The position numbers and the translations under genes are program-made. Below, piece by piece: positions 56,991 to 64,000 of a stretch of DNA of 64,000 nt; the first letter of the stretch is position 1, and each line of letters begins with the position of its first letter. Source of the DNA: Candidatus Binataceae bacterium (GTDB taxonomy: Bacteria; Desulfobacterota; Binatia; Binatales; Binataceae); contig CAVRNO010000004.1 of the NCBI GenBank assembly GCA_963722605.1, positions 538,335 through 602,334 of the forward strand, written 5' to 3'. The notes under the pieces were generated by a model, which saw nothing but the letters and a program-made list of their open reading frames with translations, was not told the DNA's origin and did not search any database.

Positions 56991-58070
56991 CCCCTGCCGG
57001 AAATTGCGGCGGTAGATAAGGTAATTCGCGCAGACCTTGGCGCCCAGCTTCTCCGCCGTCCGCCGCGACGGCCAGTTGTCGTCGAGCACCAGCGTGTAGC
57101 TCAGATACTTCGCGCCCTTGCGGATCAGTTTCAGAAACGCGTACGACGCCATCGCCAGGTTGACCCCGCGCCCGCGCCCCGCTTCGCGCACCCCGATTCC
57201 GAGCGTGTTCAGCTTTTCCGAGTCTGCGATCTTCCGCCCCGATTCGAGGATCGCGGCCGATGAAATGTCCGGCGTGACGTAAAGCGCCCCCACCGCCGCG
57301 CCCTCACGGTACGCGATAACCGAGGTTTCATGCCCTCCGGTGAAGGCTGCCAGCGCGTCGAGCAGCGCGCCTTCCTCGGGCGAACTCGGAACGTGCCCCC
57401 AATGCCGCTTGAACGCGTCGTTCATCACGTCGATGTAATCTGCCACGCGCCGGTCGTTCGGTATCTCTTTGGCCGGCACGATTTCGAATCCCGCCCGCCG
57501 TGCCGCTTCGAGCGCGCTCTCGTAGCGCGCGACCAGCTCCGGCGTCACTTCGATCTTGTAATCGACCATCCCCTTCTCGGTCTCGAAGCCCGCATCCTTG
57601 AGTAGCGAATGGTAATAGTCGGGATTCTGCCTGAGCAGGTTGGGCGGAAGCAGTTCGTATTCATCGATCACGAAGGGACAATCGAGCGGGAAGAGATCGC
57701 CCGCGCGCGCGGCGACGGTGCCGCGCGACTCAAGCCATCGGCACGCTTCGTCCATGACCAACTTGACCGCGTCGCGAGCGCCCGGCATCGCCTCGAACAT
57801 CACGACGTGGCCCAGACGTTCGTTCCAATGGCGGCAGTACCGCTCATCGACCACCGCTGCGGCCCGCGCGACCAACTCGCCACCGTCGCGCGCGGCGATC
57901 GGGTGTAGCGTCCGCCCCTCGCAGAACGGACTCTGGCCCATCAGAAACGGCAGCTCGATCTCCGCCGACGCGGGCCAGCGGGCGCTGCGGTAGGCGTAAA
58001 CGCGGTCGGCGAACCCAACGAATTCGGTCAGGGACGCATTGTCTTCGGGGATTTCGATCCTGATTGCCAT
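56988..58070 (-). CDS. Hypothetical protein, possibly GNAT-fold acyltransferase-like
   Basis: 360-aa clean ORF; the C-terminal half has weak GNAT-like features (..IGVREAGRGRGVNLAMASYAF..); the assignment is tentative. Confidence 0.45.
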   Translation of the reverse strand: MAIRIEIPEDNASLTEFVGFADRVYAYRSARWPASAEIELPFLMGQSPFCEGRTLHPIAARDGGELVARAAAVVDERYCRHWNERLGHVVMFEAMPGARDAVKLVMDEACRWLESRGTVAARAGDLFPLDCPFVIDEYELLPPNLLRQNPDYYHSLLKDAGFETEKGMVDYKIEVTPELVARYESALEAARRAGFEIVPAKEIPNDRRVADYIDVMNDAFKRHWGHVPSSPEEGALLDALAAFTGGHETSVIAYREGAAVGALYVTPDISSAAILESGRKIADSEKLNTLGIGVREAGRGRGVNLAMASYAFLKLIRKGAKYLSYTLVLDDNWPSRRTAEKLGAKVCANYLIYRRNFRQG

Positions 58071-58180
58071 TCCAACTCCAAGCTAGGCGTCCGGCGATAC
58101 GATCGCTGCATCGCGAACGACATGAAAATTGATCGCTGAACCCCCTCTCAGTTGGAGCAGTTCGCCCAGCGGGCTGCGAA

Positions 58181-58287
58181 TCAAACCGGAATTTCCGGTT
58201 TGAGCCTCCGATTCCAGTTCCGCTATAGACTAGGGCGGCCTCCATCTGCAAGGTTCCAGGCCGGTTTCGCGTCTGGTGGGCCGCGCC
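58181..58287 (+). repeat. ~100-bp repeat element, copy 2
   Basis: Same orientation as copy 1; lies 25-130 nt upstream of the crotonase gene at 58313. Confidence 0.5.
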
Positions 58288-58312
58288 CGCATGCGGTTGA
58301 ATAGCAACGAAG

Positions 58313-59131
58313 GTGGAAGAAATGGAAGAAAAAATCATCAAAGTTCGAATCGAGGGTGAGCTCGCGTATATCGCTCTCAACCGTCCTGAAAAGCGCAACG
58401 CGATTAACCAGGCGATGCTCCGCGCGATTCCATCGGCGCTCGACGAGGTCGATCGTCCCGAGGTTCGCGCGATCATCCTCTACGGCGAGGGGCAGGCGTT
58501 CTCGGCGGGGATCGATTTCACCTCGCTCGCCAACGACACCGGCGTGCAGGGCGGTCAGAGCGGCGGCCCCAACGTGCAGCGCTTTCGGCGCTTCGTGGCG
58601 GAGTCGCAGGCGTCGCTGAACCGCTTTGAGAGTATCGAGAAGCCGGTGATCGGCGCGCTCCATGGCTTCGTCGGCGGTCTCGGGCTCGAACTGGCGCTCG
58701 CGTGCGATGTCAGGGTGGCGGCGGCGGGCGCGCGGCTGGGGATGCCGGAAGTGCGAGTCGGCCTGGTGCCCGACGTCGGCGGCACCACGCGGCTTACGCG
58801 GACGGTCGGTTATGCGCGCTCGAAGGAGCTGATCATGACGGCGCGGATGATCGACGCGCCGGAGGCGGAGCGGATTGGGCTGGTGAATCGCGTCGTCGCC
58901 GAAGGCGCGCATATCGCGGCGGCCGAAGAGCTTGCCCGCGAGATGGCGCGCAACGCCCCGCTCGCAGTCGGGCTGGCGAAGCGGATCATCGACAGAGGCT
59001 ACGGCCTGGACAAGATGACGTTTCAGGAACTCGAGGCGCTGGCGCAGAGCTCGCTGATCGTCACCGAAGATTTTCGCGAGGGCGCGGCGGCACTGGCCGG
59101 GCGGCGCGAGCCGCGCTTCAAGGGGCGCTGA
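58313..59131 (+). CDS. Enoyl-CoA hydratase/isomerase family protein
   Basis: Motifs AYIALNRPEKRNAIN and GEGQAFSAGIDF of the crotonase fold. Confidence 0.8.
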   Translation: MEEMEEKIIKVRIEGELAYIALNRPEKRNAINQAMLRAIPSALDEVDRPEVRAIILYGEGQAFSAGIDFTSLANDTGVQGGQSGGPNVQRFRRFVAESQASLNRFESIEKPVIGALHGFVGGLGLELALACDVRVAAAGARLGMPEVRVGLVPDVGGTTRLTRTVGYARSKELIMTARMIDAPEAERIGLVNRVVAEGAHIAAAEELAREMARNAPLAVGLAKRIIDRGYGLDKMTFQELEALAQSSLIVTEDFREGAAALAGRREPRFKGR

Positions 59132-60068
59132 GGCGAATCTCGAAGCCGGCTTCAAAGGTATCGCCGGGCGCCAGCGCGCGCATCCCGGCCGCGATCTCGC
59201 GGGCCGCAAGATTGAACGCATCGGGCGCGCAGGTGTACGGCTCGATCGCGACGACTGGACGGTCCTCGGGGGCATAGACGATGAACTCGCCGAACGCGGG
59301 ATCGGCGCGAAGCTCGATCGCGATTTTAAGTGACGGATCGACGAGCCGCGCGCGCGGCGCGCACCCGTCGTTATTCGCCGATCGCGCCGCGATCGGCGCC
59401 ATGCGGAATGCGTCGTCGTAAGTATCGGCTCCAAGAGCACGCGGCGCGCGAAAATCGTACTTGCCCGCCAACGGCTCGGCGGCCCCGGTGGGTATCAGGC
59501 GCGCGTCGAGCGGCCATCGAGCGATGGCGTCGAGCTGGATCAGCATCGCATCGCGCAAGCCTGCGGGATTGAGCGGGGCGTGAAAGTAGGGATGCGCGCC
59601 GAATCCGAACGGCATGACCGAGTTGCCGGTGTTGCTGATGCGGGCCTTCAATCTCAGTCCATTACCTACTTCGTAGTCTATCTCGAGCACGAACGGCCAC
59701 GGCCAAATCGAATTTAGATCCGGATAGTCCGACGAATCGAGAATCGCCGTCACGAAATACGCTCCGCGCCGCGTCACGCGGAAGGCGCGTTCGCACGCTA
59801 AGCCATGAATCGCGTGCCCGCGTGCGGGCTCATTCACCGGCAGCCGGTATTCGCGGCCCTCGAACGTGAAGCGTGCGCCGGCTACGCGCCCCGGCCACGG
59901 GAAGAGAATCGGAATGCCGCTGCGATGCGGATGCTCGCGCCATGCGTCGGGACTGGCGGGACCCGCGACGACGTCGAGCGTGCCGGCGCGGTAGCCCAGG
60001 CACTGGCACCCGGCGCCGGGCGCAATCACCGCGCGCTCGCGGTCCGCTTCAAGCGTTATGAGTTCCAC
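59118..60068 (-). CDS. Aldose 1-epimerase (galactose mutarotase-like) family protein
   Basis: Architecture and motifs (..HGL..., FGFGAHPYF, ...D..F...) consistent with the mutarotase superfamily. Confidence 0.6.
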   Translation of the reverse strand: MELITLEADRERAVIAPGAGCQCLGYRAGTLDVVAGPASPDAWREHPHRSGIPILFPWPGRVAGARFTFEGREYRLPVNEPARGHAIHGLACERAFRVTRRGAYFVTAILDSSDYPDLNSIWPWPFVLEIDYEVGNGLRLKARISNTGNSVMPFGFGAHPYFHAPLNPAGLRDAMLIQLDAIARWPLDARLIPTGAAEPLAGKYDFRAPRALGADTYDDAFRMAPIAARSANNDGCAPRARLVDPSLKIAIELRADPAFGEFIVYAPEDRPVVAIEPYTCAPDAFNLAAREIAAGMRALAPGDTFEAGFEIRLSAP

Positions 60069-60212
60069 GGTGATGGTTCAATCCGGGGAGTGCTCGACCG
60101 CATGGCTTCGGCCCGAGGTTTGGGCCTCCCCGCAAGCGGGTTCAGTACATACTGTGCGGCGCGACGTGAAGGCGAACTACAATCGCGCGCTATACGGAAA
60201 TGCCGGAACTGA

Positions 60213-60530
60213 CTAGTGGTCGCGTCCGCCGCGGCGTTCGCCGCCGCCGCCTCCACCACCGCCGCCACCACCGGCTCCGCCGCTGCGCGCCTGCGCTTCG
60301 TTGACGCGAATCGGACGGCCCTTGATGTCGCGGCCGTTCAGTTTCTTGATCGCGCCTTCGGCCGCCTCATCGGTCGCCATCTCGACGAAGCCGAATCCCC
60401 GCGAGCGGTTGGTGGCGCGGTCGATGATGACTTGCGAGCTGTCCACCTTTCCTGCTTCTGAAAACGCGTCGAGCAGATCCTGGTCGGTCACAGTCCAAGC
60501 CAGATTCCCAACATACAGTCTGCGGCCCAT
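60213..60530 (-). CDS. RRM-type glycine-rich RNA-binding protein
   Basis: RNP-2 LYVGNL and RNP-1 RGFGFVEM, then a GGAGGGGGGGGGGG tail. ATG at 60530 with a GGAGAGGG RBS. A long AT-rich 5' leader lies upstream. Confidence 0.8.
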   Translation of the reverse strand: MGRRLYVGNLAWTVTDQDLLDAFSEAGKVDSSQVIIDRATNRSRGFGFVEMATDEAAEGAIKKLNGRDIKGRPIRVNEAQARSGGAGGGGGGGGGGGERRGGRDH

Positions 60531-61225
60531 TACCCTCTCCTCGCGCGCGACCCGGCTGCTCCGCAGCATACTCCGTCTGTATCTATAGGCATTAGGAAGC
60601 CTGATCGGCGGTACAGACAGCCAAGCGGCGGGGCGATACCTACGGCACGCATCTAATCCAAATTCCCGAATGCTTATAGCATCGCACCAAGCGCAAACAT
60701 AGTGCTCTGTACGCTTTCTGTCCAATCCCCGAGCTTTCTTTCTCGATTTTGCCCAAGTCATTCGATGCGGGAATCGTTAACAGCTTGACAGCGTAGAGAC
60801 CCGCGGACAAATAGGAATTATGACTACCGAATTGAACGAATGCCTATGCACGATATTGTATGCATTATGATTCCTGATTGATTCTAAAATCGCTATATCG
60901 CACGAAATCGTCGGCCGGTCATCGTTCCCTAATATTGGCTTTCAACCTGTCGTTTCAACACCCTCGGCACGGGGAAGTACTCGAAGGCGAAGAATCCGGG
61001 GTCCGGAATCCGGCGTTAGTCGCGCACAGTTTCGACAGTATCTTGACGCTGTGCGGATTAGTATGAAGAGCCGGAACAGAAGAGGCATTGAGAACACCTC
61101 GCGCTATACCCAGTTGACTGATGTTGATAATGGGCAAAATGATTTTGATACTTGTAGGATTAGGATCGAATGCGTATATTCACACTCGATTTGTACTGAC
61201 CAATTCCCCCAAAGGAGCTTGCTAA

Positions 61226-61609
61226 ATGCCTCGGAAGAAAGCCTCTCGCGGATCCGCGTCGGCATTTCAACAAGTACAGCGGCAAGCGCGCACTCTGCTC
61301 ACGCATCTGCGCAAAGACATCCGCTTGAAAGAGTCGATACTGAGTAAACTCAAAGAAGAGGAAGCGCGGCTGGGATCGTTGATCGGCCGTCGCGGCGGCA
61401 ACGCGAAAGCGGTCAGCGGCGGACCACGCGGCCGGGTCAATTGGCGCAACGTGCTTTCGGAGCTTCCCAGGCAGTTCAAGGCCGCCGACGTGCGCAAGGT
61501 GCGGGGACTCAAGGAGAAGCGGCCGTCGGAGATATTTGCGGCGATCACGCGATGGATCGATGCCGGAGCTGCAAAGCGAAGGGCTCGCGGAGCGTACGAA
61601 AAAGTCTAG
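61226..61609 (+). CDS. Hypothetical basic protein (127 aa)
   Basis: AAAGGAG RBS 9 nt upstream; no recognised domain. Confidence 0.45.
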   Translation: MPRKKASRGSASAFQQVQRQARTLLTHLRKDIRLKESILSKLKEEEARLGSLIGRRGGNAKAVSGGPRGRVNWRNVLSELPRQFKAADVRKVRGLKEKRPSEIFAAITRWIDAGAAKRRARGAYEKV

Positions 61610-61819
61610 CCCAGGCTGCGCGCGTACCGGCCGCGATCGGTATCGCGCAATCAGAGCAGAGTCGAGCGGCGCCGCGAAGCATCAGTTGCGCCGTTTTCTA
61701 TTGTTCAATTTACCTGAAGCATCCGAGCCTCATCCTGCGTTCCAATTGCGCTCTGAATAAACTCCGCACAGCGAAGAATGACAGCTACGCAAGGTTGCTA
61801 TAAGCTTTTCTGAAACCTT

Positions 61820-62854
61820 ATGGCCGTGAAGACAATTGAATGGCGGGCGGACACCGTCCGTATGATCGACCAGCGCCTGCTTCCTGCGCGCGAGGTAATT
61901 CGAACCTATCGCGACTACCGTGGCGTCGCACGCGCTATCCGCACGATGGTGATTCGCGGCGCACCCGCAATTGGCGTCGCCGCCGCAATGGGTGTCGCGC
62001 TCGGGATCAAGGGCACCGCAGGCGCGAAAGCGCGAAAACGCTTCGAGGTGGTCGCGCGAACGCTCAAGGCCACTCGGCCAACCGCGGTAAATCTGGCGTG
62101 GGCAGTCGATCGAATGGGCCGCACGCTCGACGACAGCACTTCGCTCGGAGCGGCAGAGTTGTTTCGCCGCATGCGTGCGGAGGCGATCGCGATTTACCGT
62201 GAAGACCTGGCGGTGAATCACGCGCTGGGCCGGTTTGGCGCCGAACTCATCGGAAACCCGGCCACGGTGTTGACGCATTGCAACGCCGGCGCGCTGGCCA
62301 CCGCCGGATACGGCACGGCGCTCGGGGTGGTCCGCGCCGCACGCGACGCGGGCAAAAAGATCCAGGTCTTCGCCGACGAGACGCGGCCGTTCTTGCAGGG
62401 ATCGCGCCTGACCGCGTGGGAACTCCACAAAGATCACATACCGGTGACGGTGATCGCTGACAACATGGCGGCGACCGTGCTCGCGCAGAACAAGATCGAT
62501 TGCGTGGTGGTGGGAACGGATCGCACGGCGGCGAACGGCGATGTCGCCAACAAAATCGGCACTTACCCGCTGGCGGTGATGGCGCGGCGCCACCGCGTGC
62601 CGTTTTACGTCGCGGCGCCGCTGTCGTCGATCGACCTGGATTGTCCCGACGGCGCGGCGATCCCGATCGAAGAGCGACCGGGCCGCGAGCTCACCGAGTA
62701 CCGCGGGATGCAGATTGCGCCGAAGGGCGTCAGCACGTTCAACCCCGCGTTCGATGTCACCCCGGCCGAGCTGGTGACCGCGATCATCACCGAACGCGGC
62801 GTCGCCTATCCGCCCTACTCGGAGAGCTTGCGCGTGCTGAAAAGCGGACGATGA
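61820..62854 (+). CDS. mtnA: S-methyl-5-thioribose-1-phosphate isomerase
   Basis: eIF-2B/MtnA-family motifs (MIDQRLLP...VIRGAPAIGVAAAMG...VVVGTDRTAANGDVANKIGTY). Confidence 0.85.
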   Translation: MAVKTIEWRADTVRMIDQRLLPAREVIRTYRDYRGVARAIRTMVIRGAPAIGVAAAMGVALGIKGTAGAKARKRFEVVARTLKATRPTAVNLAWAVDRMGRTLDDSTSLGAAELFRRMRAEAIAIYREDLAVNHALGRFGAELIGNPATVLTHCNAGALATAGYGTALGVVRAARDAGKKIQVFADETRPFLQGSRLTAWELHKDHIPVTVIADNMAATVLAQNKIDCVVVGTDRTAANGDVANKIGTYPLAVMARRHRVPFYVAAPLSSIDLDCPDGAAIPIEERPGRELTEYRGMQIAPKGVSTFNPAFDVTPAELVTAIITERGVAYPPYSESLRVLKSGR

Positions 62855-62884
62855 CCGGCTTATCCGGCGCGGGCGGCGCCGAGC

Positions 62885-63904
62885 CTACTCATCAAACTGA
62901 TCCAGATACTCGGAAAGCCCGTAGCCAATTTTCCCGTCCCAGTTCCACTCGGTCATGCCTTCGGCGATCCGAGTGACTACACCCTTGCGCCGGTTGCGCA
63001 GCGGAATCATCGATAGCACCTTGCCGGTAATTACTATTGGCGCTCCACCTTCGATGCTCTGGCCAGTTACCTTGATTTTGTCGTGGAGCTGCTGCTCGCC
63101 GATGAATTCGGTCTGAATATCCACCTTCATGAGATTGAGAAACGGCTGGCCTTTGCGCGCAATGAATCCTCCCGGGCGTTCGCTGCCGTCGCGATTCACC
63201 GTAATCGTAGCCATCGCGCCAAGCCCCTCGTCGAAGTTCATCGTAAGCCATCGGTAGAACTTCGGCGCCTGCCAATAGCGCGGTCCCCAGCTATGATCGC
63301 GCAGGCCAAGCGCGTCGATTTCGAACTCGCGCTCGATGCCGCCGGCCGTCAGCACCAGTTTTCCCGTTGCGTGGCCAAGCTGCTCCAGGTGCCCCTTGGC
63401 GAATTGAGTCTCGAGGTCACCGGATAGTTTCGGCGAGACCCATTGATCTCCAATTTTTTCCCGCACTTCGCCGCCCCATGCCAAAGAAGTAGCCACATAG
63501 TCGATTTCGAGCGCGGCCCGCGAGTATGGATTACTCTTGAACGCCTTGGCTGGATCGGCCATCTCGAGCGGGTTCTTCAGAATGCAAAGATTGCCGTGGT
63601 AGCTGACGCGATGGCGTTCGAACGGCTTGACGACCTCGAACCTTGCGCCGCCGGCGTCATGAGCGTTGTTGTCCTTGATCTCGGGCCGCTGAAACATGAA
63701 GCCGACGGTGCCGTCCGGAAGGTACAGGCACGCGGTCATTTCGGCGTAACCTTCGTTCGCGCGATTACCTAGTCTGATGAAACCGCCGACGCGCCGATTA
63801 CGATCGTAGAAATTATAGTATGCACTTTCGTTGAAATTAGACTCGCCGGTATTGGGATGCATCAAGTCGTCTTGTTCAAGCAGTACCACTTTGATTTCCG
63901 GCAT
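62885..63904 (-). CDS. Hypothetical conserved protein (339 aa)
   Basis: Clean ORF with protein-like composition; no motif recognised. Confidence 0.45.
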   Translation of the reverse strand: MPEIKVVLLEQDDLMHPNTGESNFNESAYYNFYDRNRRVGGFIRLGNRANEGYAEMTACLYLPDGTVGFMFQRPEIKDNNAHDAGGARFEVVKPFERHRVSYHGNLCILKNPLEMADPAKAFKSNPYSRAALEIDYVATSLAWGGEVREKIGDQWVSPKLSGDLETQFAKGHLEQLGHATGKLVLTAGGIEREFEIDALGLRDHSWGPRYWQAPKFYRWLTMNFDEGLGAMATITVNRDGSERPGGFIARKGQPFLNLMKVDIQTEFIGEQQLHDKIKVTGQSIEGGAPIVITGKVLSMIPLRNRRKGVVTRIAEGMTEWNWDGKIGYGLSEYLDQFDE

Positions 63905-64000
63905 TAGTCAATTCTCCCTTTTCGCGTTGCGAATTGCCATGTCACTCTCAAGGTAGCGCGGATTCGCGATACGCAGTTTGTCCTCGACGCTTTGACGCAC

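Overview
This is a high-GC bacterial chromosome window. Positions 1 to about 21.65 kb look, by eye and not computed, distinctly lower in G+C and carry the right-hand part of an integrated mobile element; the window starts inside that element.

The element contains: a partial DNA methyltransferase; an integrase 3' remnant; hicB with a degenerate hicA-like ORF; two secreted lipoprotein genes that share a conserved ~90-bp upstream element; an RHH-parA-parB partition module; a Rep-like HTH protein with iteron-like repeats; a Dam methylase next to an Mrr-cat-like nuclease; a three-gene operon of unknowns ending in a HEPN-like protein; an 886-aa protein with a C-terminal P-loop; a tyrosine integrase; DUF932-like and CHC2 primase-like proteins; small DNA-binding proteins; two soluble TraD/VirD4-like ATPases; a Replic_Relax gene with a frameshift; a nested inverted-repeat element; an excisionase-like HTH gene; and, at 21630-21654, a tmRNA/tRNA 3'-end-like fragment that is a candidate attR.

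Downstream is ordinary backbone: MBL-fold hydrolase, NiCoT Ni/Co transporter, an unusual Trp-rich tandem-repeat secreted protein, K+ channel, pirin, P450 with ferredoxin, Rrf2 regulator, YezD-like protein, OprP-like porin with cysPTWA, higBA-like pair, msrB, GNAT, crotonases, DEAD-box helicase, alkaline-phosphatase-family lipoprotein, VOC, two SAM methyltransferases, acyl-CoA dehydrogenase with phosphotransferase, a small lower-GC islet (PD-(D/E)xK-like gene, disrupted SIR2-like gene, HigA-like HTH), a coxMSL-like Mo-hydroxylase cluster with a MoaD-like gene, HNH endonuclease, UspA, Zn-ADH, an Ala/Gly/Ser/Thr-rich secreted repeat protein, a GNAT-like gene flanked by ~100-bp direct repeats and REP-like palindromes, a second crotonase, aldose 1-epimerase, an RRM RNA-binding protein and mtnA.

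Many otherwise conserved genes need single-base frameshifts, mostly at homopolymer runs, to read through; consensus indel errors are therefore likely and pseudogene calls are tentative. No rRNA, intact tRNA or CRISPR array was seen.
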